64,000 bases of DNA from Oikopleura dioica (GCA_907165135.1 OU015567.1:13144001-13208000), one strand, 5' to 3'. Shown: positions 51,495-63,455, counted from the stretch's first letter. A program made the numbers and translations. The notes: generated from the letters alone by a model not told the origin.

Positions 51495-51647
51495 GAGAGA
51501 GGCGATTTTCTGGCAGTTAGATTTTCTGGCAGTTAGACTTTCTGGCAAAGGCGATTTTCTGGCACTGCCAGAAAATCTAACTTCCAGAAAATCGCCTTTG
51601 CCAGAAAATCTAACTGCCAGAAAGTCTAACTGCCAGAAAATCGCCTT
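51495..51647. repeat. Left TIR: self-palindromic array of 16-17 bp units (ATTTTCTGGC-AGTTAG/AAAGGCG)
   Basis: 4 forward units then 5 inverted units, forming a long hairpin. Confidence 0.92.
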
Positions 51648-52260
51648 TTTAGTATGCATATTATTTGAAACTCTGCAAAAAACTCTTTTTAATAAAATCA
51701 TTTATAAATTCGAAAAACTGGTGATTATCACACAAATTTCATTCCGGAGCAGTTTCAGCAGGAGTTTGCACCTTTCGACGGGAGCGTTTGATCTAAAAGC
51801 CGACTATTCAGGGCGCTAAAAAAGACGACGAATTTGGAATTGAAATTTCTGCGCTAAAAATAGAATGAGGGCAGCATCCACAGTTCGTTCTTGCTATTTT
51901 CGGAGTAACAAACGGGTTAACAGGCAGCTGAAAAGTTAGATTTTGATTTTTCTGAGAAAATGGAGGATGATGAAGAGAATGCGGATAGAAAAATGTTGAA
52001 ACTGACACCGATTCCACCACCTTCTGAGGAAGAATTTTCAGGATAGTTTTATAACAAGTTCAGTTTCAAAAAGCATTTGCGTGCGCCATTATCTCAGTGG
52101 GTGCTCACTGTGACCAAGTACTCGAAATCAGATGCAAACACCGGGTGATTAACACAGAAATTCCCGGAAGAAGCTGATTTATGTTTGCTACAGCTATTAA
52201 TCTTGAATAAATGGGTCAAAAGTGGCCTTTGTCAATGAATTTTTATAAAACGTGTAAGAA

Positions 52261-55200
52261 AACATTGGTGGTACTGTCGAAAACCCTGCCTTGGTAACGA
52301 TTCAACGAAACTCAAAAAACAATGCATCCTTCCTCGTCAAAGTTGCTTCCAGATCATTTGCTTTCAAAGCAAGAAAAGCGAAGAAAACGATTCTGCATTC
52401 TAAAAACGACGATCCTGACTTCCGTTTCAAGATGCGAGTCGAGTGTGAAAATCAATCATATTCGAAAGACGCTTCATTCCGCTGTTCAACGAAGATTTGG
52501 ATGTTTGCAAAAGTTGTTGATATGGAATCTCCTCGTTTTTTTGAGCTCAGCAATTGGCGATGTGGAAAGCTAGAGTCGAAAGTAGACATTCACATGAATA
52601 AATGTCTGAAGAACGATGCACTCGAAAAGAAGCGATTACAGTACGCAACGACTGTGTCCATGCTCAACAGGAACCAAATTCGCCCAAAAAGTCAACAGAC
52701 AATTCGTGGAGAAGTTCAAAAAGATTCACAACTTTCGAGCATGGAAAGAGGCAATCTTTTCACGAAAAAGGAGATGAGACGTCTTGCTCAGAATTCCAGA
52801 AAGTACGAAAGAAAAATAAAGGCCGCTACAGTTCCTGATCCTCGACGCTTGGAAGACTGGATGACAGTACTAGGAAAGTGATTTATTTGACCGAGCACAG
52901 ATGCACGAAAGAAATGACAGTGAATATAGTTTAGTTAAATCTTGAGTTGAATTATCCTTTAGAGCTTGGGACATCCTTGATACGGTAGAAAAGCAGAGGC
53001 CGTGCGTTCTTCTTTTTCCTTTGTCTTTCCCTGAACTAACATAAATTCGAAGCCGCAAGCGGCTTCTCTTACGATGCAGGAGTTCTTGGGGCTTCGAGGA
53101 CCCGAGCAGCGGGAGCTCCAGCTCGAGCGGGTGCTTTCTTTGCTGTTGTAGAAACTGCAGCGAATTTGAAGCGGGAGTCACACCAGCGTTCGCTCTCGCA
53201 TGAACGGGACCAAGAGGTTCTCCCTTTGAAATCAGAATTGAAAAAGGATTTCGCGTTCTTTTTGATTTACCTGATAGTTAGCGTCGAAAAACTTTTTAAA
53301 CCATTGAACGAAGTGTGAGACACTTGACAGTGGTGAAAGGAAATTACTTTGCATGACGTTGTCGCCACGGAAGCAGATTTCTCCTTTTCCTTCGCGCGCA
53401 TAATAATCCATGTCGGGCACGTCAACAAGTTTAAAAAATATTAGCCATCGGCAAATAGCTGAACCAGACGTCGCTTGTTTTCCAAGGCTCTTTAACCGAG
53501 AAGATTGTAATGCCACAGCAGACGGTGCAGATGTTCTTGTGAGTCAAGACGACGCCTTTCGGATCGCCAGTCGTGTCGGATGTGTAATTGATCGTAGCAA
53601 TGTCTGAATAATGAAATTAAATGATCGCCCCTATTTTTATCATTTTTACCTGAAGAAGTCGGCGGAACATTATCAAACGAGCTGTCTTTTCCGATTGCAA
53701 TAAAATCGTCGAAACTTATGATTTTATAATTGGAGGACTTGACCTTCTTGAATTTTCGAAACACAACGATTGTTTGAAGATGAGCAGGCTTGATTTTGAG
53801 AATGAGGTCAAGTTTCTTTTGATTTTGAACGAAGCAGATTGGAGCTTCAATCTGAAGAAAAAGTAAAAATAATCTCGTAAAGAAGTTGTAAACTTACGTG
53901 CTCGAGAATGTATTTGACTGCTTGTTCACCAAAAGTATCGTAAAGCGAAACATTGCATATATTTTGATAGTATCCTCCAATGATTACTGCGTCGTATTCG
54001 TAGCAATTCGACGAGTAGATCGCAATTTTGCTTTCTCCACTGATAAGTCCGTGCTTTTTCAGTGAATTCGCCAGGTATTGAGATGTTGCAGCGAACTCGC
54101 CATAAGTACGGGTCGTGTAATCTGTCAAATCTGGCGTCGGAGTGCCTCAAATGATAGCATTATCACTGGCGGTCTCTCTTCCTCGCTGGAAGCACTCAAG
54201 AATTGTCTGAATAACTGTAAAGAAAGTTCTGAGTGATACGCTTTACCTGTGGATAATCAGCTGGCAGAGTCCAGAGTCCTTTCTTCTCGCAGAGAATATT
54301 GTGTCTTGCGAAGGTTTCAGAATCTGCTTCATAACTTTGTGGCGCGTCAACGTAGTCTAATTTCTTGTTTCTGTGTAGAGTTATAATTTTGATGAAGACA
54401 AACCTTATCTACGCCCATTTTTTGAACGAGTTTTGCAAGACTTTGAAGTTATTGACATATTCGTGCTCGTGTTTTGCATTGTACTTTACTGTCTTTAGTC
54501 GGATGGAACCTAAACCAAATGTAGCTTGATTAAAAACGATTCGAAAGATGAGGGGTAAGGTGGAGACAACGAGGACATCATTTTTGTTTCACGAAACGAA
54601 CATTGAAAAGTAATAATTCATTAATAAATCACGAAAAGGCGATGGTGAAACAAAATGGATTCTAATGAATGAGTTTCTTTCGCCGGAACAACGAAGCCCG
54701 ATATGGGATGAAGCTCTAGCTTTTGCGACTCAACACGATTTGCGCATGCTGACCTCTTCAAAACACTGGTTTGTTGACGGTAAATTCTTTACGAAAGGCC
54801 AGCAAAAGAAGTTTGGCTACCGTCAACTCCTCATTATTGGATCAAGAGACCGAGATGATAGTGTTAATCCTAGATTCTTTATTATTCTCAAGGGTCAGTC
54901 TAAAGAAGGCTACAAGATTGTCTTTGAGGCTTTAAAGGAAATGATCAATATTGAAAATTTTGAACTTACTTGGTTCGGCAGCGAATTTGTCGTGTGTAAT
55001 AACGTTGATGAGGACCACAATCGGCCGTTCGGTAGTTTTGAATAGCAGAGCAGCCGATTTTCCTGAAAAACTGTAAATTGATCTACAAAAAGAAACTTTG
55101 TCCTGATTCTGAATTTACAACTGTCTCGTCCGATTTCGAACCTGGGCTCAGAAATTCGATTCGCGAAACATGGCCGGAGAAGAATCTACGCATGGTTGGG

Positions 55201-56017
55201 TGCTACTTTCATTGGTTACAGAGTGTTAGAAGATATTTACAAAGTCATGGACTGTTGGCACTCTGGGAGAAAAATGGAAAGATACTCCAAGCACTCATCC
55301 ATGCGATCCCATTCATTCACTTGACCGAACCTACATTCTACGACACATTTATGCAGCTTTTGCGTCGAACACTTGATGAACTGTCTACACCACTAATCAA
55401 AGACGAGATTAATGAGTTCTACAGATATCTTTCTACGACGTACTTGAATGACGATGCTAAATTCCCTCCTAGTTCATGGGCCCTTGCATTATCGATAGGA
55501 GCGAGGAATGGTTCAAAATTCTTGACTAATAACAGTCTTGAAATCATGGTAAGTTACCTTTTTCGATGGGAAATCTTGTAAAAACATCGAATTCGTGAAG
55601 ATGCGATTCCAACTAAAATTAAATGTTTAGAACTCATCCCTGGTGGATCAAGGAATCAACAATGCGACAGAGCTATCTACGGTCATCTCCATTGCTAATG
55701 GCTTTAAAAGTGAAAGCTTCAGTACGGAAATTGCTAAGCTTGAGAGCAACAGCCAGCAAAGTACTAAAAATGACAGATTGTGCGCCTTAGTTGCGGTTGT
55801 ACGCTACGAGCAGCTAGCAAGATTTGACAAAAAATGCGCAGAAAATGGCTCAATCGAAGAAGCAATTGTTTCTGTCGGCTTCGGCTTGATGAGGGCCAGA
55901 TCAAAGGCCGAGTCATTGAAATCTACTCAGAAACTCCGACATTTTATCAACAACGCCACGCAACCAGAAACTGCTGTATTTCAAAATTTGATTAAAGAAT
56001 CAACAGCTGACGTATAG
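52261..56017 (+). CDS. MULE transposase, multi-exon (possible further upstream exons from ATG 51960)
   Basis: N-terminal Cys/His region (ECENQ...RCSTK...HMNKC) at 52291-52873; catalytic core WFVDGKF...QL...Y..VF..L...SDFE...GCYFH...TNNSLE at 54639-55550; a GA-AG intron 52874-54638 joins the halves in frame (WMTVLG|DGETKWIL). Confidence 0.85.
53348..54370 (-). pseudogene. ACSL: Captured, decayed long-chain acyl-CoA synthetase fragment
   Basis: [38 protein letters not shown] (P-loop G to D), SYLPMA joined directly to [21 protein letters not shown]; in-frame TGA (NAII*GTP); retains its introns. Confidence 0.85.
54404..54509 (-). pseudogene. MAPRE: Captured single exon of EB1/MAPRE (CH domain)
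   Basis: Bounded by TTTAG| and |GTTTG; reads [36 protein letters not shown], closely matching the EB1 CH segment; neighbouring EB1 CH exons are absent. Confidence 0.88.
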
Positions 56018-56073
56018 TTACTATTTTTTATACAAAAATAAAAATTATTTAGTCATACCAGTTTCAAGAAGCA

Positions 56074-57322
56074 ATGCCTGTGATGTCCCCAGTTCGCGAT
56101 GAGCAAGAAACAGCTGGTGAGCAAGTTGACCCAGATCCTTTCGCTCAGCAAGGAGGAGAATTCGATTTGAGAAGAGTTGCGGCGCCAATCGCTCAGCCAG
56201 TTCAAAGAGTGGAAAGAAGAGTCGATGAGGAGACGAGCAATGATGAAGTCGATGTGCCAGCTGTTATCCATGAGTTCGACCCACCTCCAGTGGACTCTTT
56301 ACCGTCGGACAATGAGGATCGTGAGCCTGAAAACTGTAATATATCAAAAATGTAAATATCAAAAATTTAATATTTCTAGTTGAAAAATCGCCATCTCCAA
56401 TACATTGGGAACGACTTCTGGATAAAACCGATGAGATAGATGAAACGATCAGAAAACAGTTTCCAAATCGTCCTTCGTCTTCAGAATCGGAGCAAGGTAA
56501 CTGTCCATATTTAAAAAATAAATGACTTTCATTTAAGAAAATGACGAAGCCGGACAAGCTAATCGTTCTCGTCCAACATCTGATTCTTACCGGAATTTTG
56601 ATGACAGAACTAGTCCCGAAAAGCTGGTTCTATCTGAACCCAAGCAGCCACGGAAGTATATTCGCAGCGCAAAATCCGCAAAACAGCGCAAAACGCGGGA
56701 TCTTTCATTGTCAGATTCTGAATCGGATCGTAAGTTTAGTTTTATCAAGCAGAATGTTAATTATTCTAGATGAGCGCCCCGAATCTTCGCAAAATACGCG
56801 TAGTTTGTGCGCAAAAGTGAAGCGGAATGCGAAAAAATCAACCTATTGCGAGCATGATTCCCCACCAAAAAAGAAAAAGAAGAAAACTGAAGCCGAAGTG
56901 CGTTTGGCAGCCCAAATTGCGAAAGAAAAGAAAATTCTTAAAGAAAGAAATCGAAAAAAAAGAGAAAATGATCCTAAGGTAATGCTTGTATGTTTCTTTA
57001 AGAAAATAGCAGAATATTTAGGGCTACTATGCTGATATAGCAAATAAACGGCGTCAAACCATTCAAAGAAAAAAAGAACAAAATGAAGAGTTGATCGCAG
57101 AGTTACGGGAAGAGCTGGAAAAAATGAAGGCGGAAAATGCGAAATTGCGAAAACGCGAAGAAATGAGAAAAGCAGATATCCCAGGATTGTTTACACGTAT
57201 ATAATGGTTTCTTATTTAATTGTATTTAATTAGAATAACTTGATAAATAATAAAAAGACGATGACGATTTGATGCGCCAATTAAAAGAAGTACTCGCCAC
57301 TTCCGACGAAGAAGACTTCTGA
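56074..57322 (+). CDS. Second element-borne gene: acidic N-terminus, basic region and coiled coil (bZIP-like)
   Basis: Exons with GT-AG boundaries: MPVMSPVRDEQ...; PPKKKKKKT...KERNRKKRENDPK|; ...KRRQTIQRKKEQNEELIAELREELEKMKAENAKLRKREE; ends ATSDEEDF* at 57320-22. Confidence 0.6.
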
Positions 57323-58485
57323 TGTTCTATAAAAAAAGCTCCTTACATTTTCATCAAACTCGTTACATTCGTTACGGACGATTTCCATAGGTCAGAGCCG
57401 TTACAAAATTACCGGGGCAAACTTGCTGTTGCTCTAGCGCCTAAGGGTTACATTGTAGCCCAAGACATCTTTATACGTATCGACGGAGAATCTCAAGCTC
57501 TATGCCAGTATCATCTCAGATTTTCGAGATCTCAAAAAATTTCGGATTTATGGCGATTTTTCATTTTTCAAAGGACTACGTGTCCCTAATTCAGCCAATC
57601 ACAGCACTGTATTTGACGCATTTGCACCGGTAAATTTGTAACGTCTCAGTTAATTGAAGCCGCTGAAAAATAAACCAATAAGTGAAAAAATTGATTGCAA
57701 AAGAAAATTCGAAACTCCTTTCCTATATATTTTTCTTCTTCGTTGGAGCTCCTAAAGATGGAATCGAGCACGTCGTTTTGTTGATTCATCGAGTTCCTAG
57801 AATTCGGAAGCTTTCTTTGTTGTCTGCGAGAAGAATACTGGCAGGAAGTTCTTCAATATCTTTCGAGGAGTTCAAAATCATGTTAAATTAAAGAAAGGGC
57901 ACAATTATAACGGGTAAATTCTTCTGGAGGCCCACAATTATAACGGGTTCAATATTCTCCCCGTTGTTATTTTATATGGTCAATTTTCAACACTGAGTCC
58001 TTTCTGAAATTGAAATTCTGAATTAAAATTTAAAAATGATAGACAGTATTTTAGTTTCGCAACTCGTAAAGCTTTAATGTCAAAAATTGAAAAAAAATAG
58101 AAACATTTAACTTATCAACGGTTTGTGCATCGAAAGAGAGAAGAAAACGCATCATACATTAAATACGAAAGGTTGAAGTTTGGAGGCGAAACAAAGCGGA
58201 AACACAGTTCATAAGTTTTAAGCGAATTGGGCAAAATTTTATAGGCAGTTAATTCTTCTCTAATTCCTCTGGCAGTTAATTCTTCTCTGATCTTCATCAT
58301 TTCCGCTTGAAAAAAACCGTTGATTTATCAACTAAATTCAGGCGAGCACAGCGCGGCGAATAAGGGAGGAGCGCGCCGCCCACGCGCGCCTGACTATTTC
58401 TCAGAAGAATCAGAAGATGAATTCCGAGCTCTTCTTCTCTCCGTTTTTATCTTCCAGGATCATTAACTATAGATGTGAAATCAAA

Positions 58486-58606
58486 GAGGCGATTTTCTGG
58501 CAGTTAGACTTTCTGGCATATTAGATTTTCTGGCATTGCCAGAAAATCGCCTTTGCCAGAAAGTCTAACTGCCAGAAAATCTAACTGCCAGAAAATCGCC
58601 TCCCTC
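58486..58606. repeat. Right TIR: self-palindromic array of the same units
   Basis: 3 forward plus 4 inverted units; its reverse complement matches the left TIR over about 86 bp. Confidence 0.92.
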
Positions 58607-60629
58607 TGGAAATCGTAGTCGCCACCTTCGGAAGATGATTCCCACTCATGGAGGGGCAGCTGATCGAATTGCGCGTTGCAACTCTCTTGTCCAGTTGAGC
58701 CGCACATGTTTCCGATGTTTTGGTACTAGAGAACAGCATTTTTAAACAATCGAAAATCAAGATGAATCTGACAAAATTAAGTTAAGATCAACTAGTTTTC
58801 TGCGAAAAATACAGTAGATGTTTCATAATGTGAAAAAACTCTTATTGAAAAGTGACGCTTATCACACATTTTCATCGAAATAAATCTCCGTTTTAAGCTT
58901 GTTACCTTGACTTCGATGTATTTTTGGCGTCCGGTCGAGCCTGTTCGTGATAAAATCCAAGCGCATGCATAAATTCGTGCTGAACGGTTCCTCTCGAGAC
59001 GCAACCCAGCGATCTAATGGAGATCTCCTGTTCGCTCACGCCCTGAAAGCCGACGTAGGAATAGCAGCCCGATCCACTCGTGATTTTGATCTTGCTGTCG
59101 TAACTTCTGTCCTTTGCGTTGACGAGTCGGAAGTCAATGCAGGTATTCGATCCAAGATCAAAGAGAGCTCGCTTGATGTCCTCTCGCAACTCGGCTGGGT
59201 AATTGTCTTGGAAGTAGAACGGAATCACGTGCCTGAAAAACAAAAGGTTAATTCAGGGAGAAAAAGGAAGATGAGCGGTGAATCCAATCTGGGCAAAATG
59301 GAATTCCCCGTCTTCAAAAAAATGTGACGGATGGGCTGACTGGCTAAACCAAAGCCACTGAGCTCATTTGCCACCTGCCCTGTTACTCGGGACGGAGAAA
59401 TCGCGCAGTAGCTACTGTACAAGAAACACGTGTATTTGAAACTTACTTGTTGTGTTCTCTGTATTGATCCCACTTGACAACAGCTCCAATAGCTCTGGTG
59501 AGCTCTCTTCTTCGTTCCATCGCGTCCGTTGTTTCGTTTCTGTTCATTCCATTCCTCGCCAAATACTGCCGGTAAAGAGGGTTGATGTCGAGAGTTGGGT
59601 CAATTCTATGTCCAATCGTCGATTGTCCCTTGTCGCGCATCTTCTGCGCCTGCCACTCGCCAAAAATCATATCGTCTTCGCGTCCACCGCGTTCCAATTC
59701 GCTTCCTGCAAATCGGGTATCAACAAGTTTACACAAGTTCCACGACAGTTCCCTCATTTAGAAAGCGATTAATGGCGGACAGTTACACGCGATCGCTTCC
59801 GTTTACGAGAAATTATAATGCAAGTGAATTTAACATAGATTATATTCCGATGGAATCGCTCATCAGACAATTTTCAAGAGCAATTTTTAGTTGAAAATCA
59901 AAGAAATAAGGCCAAAGAATCAAAGAGATTTTAGATATTTCGACTACTAAGAGGCTTATAAGATCATTTTTAGAAGGACTTGAAAGTAAGTGTTCTATGC
60001 GAAGGAACGCGTGGAAATCGGATCGATGCTCGGTGTCACCCAGAAGATGTGACAGTAAATACGATTATGGTTTCTCTAGGCAGCGCGCTCCCAACCCGTT
60101 GCGTCTAATTCTGTTGACGCTTTTCCAAAGATCAGCCCCTCCTCAGCTTTGCCGAGCCCACTGCCGACTTTTTAATTTATAAACTTAGCTTGGATTCCTC
60201 CTCTGATTTTCGAGAAAGCCGAGGTCTTACAAGACGAAAAACCGTAACAGTGGAGAGGCGTGAAATTTAGAAGAAACTTGTCGGAAGTGAATTTCCCACG
60301 GTGAATGATCGAATTTATTAAAACAAGAAAAATAAAGTCAATTGGTGTGGTGGAAGCTCCCGGAAGTTATTACGTACGGCGATAAACTACCGACCAGCAA
60401 TGTCGTGTAGGAATAATCTTGTTTCACCTTTAATTTTCAGAATGATGCATTTTTAACTTATTTTAGATTCTATCAATGAAGAAGAAAGATTGGGAGAAGA
60501 CACGAATCGACAAAAAGGCGAAAAACTTTTAAACCAATCAAATATTCGTATTCGGCCCGCGAGCCAATGAGATTACAGAAAAAAAAGGCACAAAATTTGA
60601 GTTGATTGTAACATTTTTGCCGATTCAAG

Positions 60630-60647
60630 CTAACCCTAACCCTAGCC
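60630..60647 (-). repeat. Very short telomere-like tract
   Basis: CTAACCCTAACCCTAGCC, about 2.5 TTAGGG units on the minus strand. Confidence 0.25.
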
Positions 60648-61299
60648 TAGGGTCCCTAGGCCTAAAGATCCCTAATTTTGGGTAGATGCAGACGATTTCT
60701 CCTCAGTTTAAAAAGTGTATATATATAAACAAATACATCGCTTATTTATATTATTTTATATTCCTTATCATCTCAAGAACGCCTTTATCCCTCTTAATAA
60801 ATATTTGACTCTCAGAAGACCCTATCGACTGTTTTGGCGAAGCCATTGAAATGCAGGAAAATAAATTCATGAAAAGCTCAGCACTTTCTGATTACGTGGC
60901 TAAGTCCGTAAGTTTAGTCTTGGAGCGCGTCAATGTTTTCGATTCGCTTCCTTTTTGCAAAGAGGCTTCATCCTCTTTTTTTTCTGGGCGGAGTCGACAT
61001 TCTGGACGAAAGTTGTACGTTCGCGAAAACAAACAAACGCCAGATTTTTAAAATTAAAAAAGAGAGTTTCTAGCGGCGGGGCAAAAATTGAACACGTTCT
61101 CGTAATTCAAAAGTCACTTCCGCAAAGAATAAACTCGAAACCTGTTCACGTTTTGTAAGGGCTTAGACAGGTTAAAACCTCTTAATTCTTTGGCGATCAT
61201 GATTTTACGCAATCTTAGCCGATATTTTATAAAAACGATATCTGACACAGTGTTTCCTTGGAAATAATTTTGGGGAATCCTTTGTTTGTCCACGAACTC

Positions 61300-63455
61300 T
61301 TTGGTCATTACGCGGTTGTTTCAGCGGTTGGTGAAAAAAAGTCTTCCGTTCAATTTATCCGTTCTAATTATGCACCCAGCTAATTAGCAGCTCTGGGGCT
61401 GGATGAAGAAAGTTGTTACCCTCTCCTTGGCAGAAATCAGAAGTGAGCTTTGTTAGGCGCGTCCACGTGCAGCCTTTGTTGATTTGTTTTCCATTGCGAT
61501 TCGGGCCATTCTGAGACAAGCGGTGCCAAAAGTTCCTTTCGCGACATTTTGTTTGTTAGGGGCTGATTGACACTTTTTTTTAATTAAAAAATGCTAGAAA
61601 AAATGCCTCAAAAATATTGTCGAAAAAATCCATATCATTGGCTGAACATCCTATTTTTGCTTGGCCAAATTAAGGGGTAGACCTAACATATTTTTTCTCT
61701 TCAAAATTTTACATTTACGCCCTTATTGCATCAAAATAAGGGTGTCACTAAATTATTTCTTGAAAAAAAATTTTTGCTGAGAAAAAACGGGTCTTTGTCG
61801 TTTTCTGACAAGAATTTGACCAGATTTTATGCTACAAAATGGATGAAAATTCTAGTGTCTGAAGTTTTCTTTTAGTTGAGCGAAGAGAACAAAAGAAGGA
61901 TGTGCTTTATCTTCGACTGGTTGCGATTTTGGATTATCTCATTTCGATCTGGTGGAGTTGTGCTTTTACAAAAAGCGAGCTAGTCACGCTAGAGCATAAT
62001 GTGAGTTTGTTGCAAAAACACGCAACTGATTTCAATCGACACGGACTGCGCAACAATGACACTCAACAATTTTATTTCAAAGCGTAATTTTTCTTTTTAC
62101 CTGAAACAAGACTCAAATAAAGAGGCTGAATTTTATTATAATTTTGTCCAAAAATGCTCCCTTTATAATATAAAATCTTCAAAAAGATGAAGTTATCTTA
62201 AGCCAAAAATTTCGGATGCTTTAGAGACGAATTTCGATTAGAAGTTTTGACAAAATTCTAGAGGGAAATTTACGAAAAGGAGGAGACGCCGTGGAAAGGA
62301 TGAAGGGCGCTTGTTTTTCATGACAACTCCTTATTACAAATCCACTTGTCCAAAAAGTGCAATCTTGCAATCTTGCAAAGGCGTAAAGAAATATCCTCAA
62401 AAAGCATTAAAAAAGGCTTGAATATTAATCAAAGGGCTTATTTTCTTTTGGCACCACTTTCCTTACAGACACATCTGGACGTCTTTATCCTTGGTTTGTG
62501 TTTATTTATACATTGTAGTCGGCAGGTTCCTGGGTTTTCTACATTGTCGCACATCAAAAGTACTTTTTTACTGTTTTTAAAGATGTTGCTAAATGCTTGA
62601 GAAGCAAAAAATGTCGAGAGTTACGAACGGGTTGACGTTAACTTTCAGATGTCCTTCCGCTTTTGCCAATCAGTCAGTTTAAAATGTGATTGATTCATCC
62701 ACGTTTGAGTACTCGGGCAATGGGGATATTGATGATTTGCGTCTGAGACTCTGAGACCTCGAAAATATGCGAAACTTTTATTTAATAAACCTAGTTTCGC
62801 ATGTTTTTCGATGATAAAACTACAAAGAAAGGCTAATTGAGGTCGATTTTACAGATTAATCTCACAACAAATGTTGCTAGAACAAATTGAAGCAACAAAT
62901 AGTTGTTGAATTCTGTATATGGTTTGTTTGAATAGAACACGATAAAAACAGAAAACATCGATCCCAAGCATTCTATTGAGAAGTAGCTCTATTTATAGCT
63001 TCAACGCGCAATCGTTTTAAACCAAAATAAATATGAAATAATTCGAACTAGACGCCTGGCACAAATTTTCTAAAATTTAATCTCAGACTTAGAATTCTCG
63101 ATCTCTCGAACTCCGACTTGCCCAATCTGCAAATTTTAGCAGTAGAGTAATCAAAGAATGACACCATATCTTTTCTTCGAGAAATGGTTGATCAGAAATA
63201 TGAAAAAGACCTTATTCTTGTTCGATATTGAAAAAAATACATAAAGTTTATCCACGACTCAATCAATTATCTCGTTCCCTTGCATATGTGTTCTAAACAT
63301 TCCCCCTCAAATATTTGAAAAACGGTTCCTTGATCATGTAAACCAGCTTTAACGAGTTCGCTTCCGAAATCGTCACAAGCTCCTGCTTGCGTCTTCCAGT
63401 GCTGATCTCTTTTTCTGGCCACGCAAGTAGCCACCAGCGCGGAAAAGATCCGCAT
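61300..63455 (-). CDS. Putative secreted Cys-rich protein, exon structure unresolved
   Basis: Signal-like start MRIFSALVATCVA; downstream Cys-rich minus-strand segments (GTCRLQCINKHKPRIKTSRCVCKESG at about 62430-62530; QINKGCTW at about 61470). Confidence 0.35.

Larger units (their letters stand above)
51495..58606 (+). mobile_element. Mutator-like (MULE) DNA transposon, 7112 bp, with captured gene fragments (Pack-MULE-like)
   Basis: 9-bp TSD TGGAAATCG at 51486-94 and 58607-15; about 86-bp TIRs with 2 mismatches; internal MULE transposase. Confidence 0.93.
50899..59757 (-). pseudogene. Astacin (M12A) zinc metalloprotease gene interrupted in a coding exon by the 7.1-kb MULE
   Basis: GCYSYVG, HEFMHALGFYHEQARPD (HExxHxxGxxH) at 58940-59240. 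Removing the element and one TSD gives GDYDFQSVMHYG (Met-turn), then GYAFSVNGEPT...QRNRFSQNDALQICEIYNC at about 51040-51180. Both ends approximate. Confidence 0.88.

Noticed and set aside
51500-51647. CRISPR-like repeat array
   Set aside because: No unique spacers; eukaryotic context; explained as transposon TIRs.
60625-60700. Interstitial telomere or telomeric retroelement site
   Set aside because: Only about 2.5 units and no associated element; could be chance.
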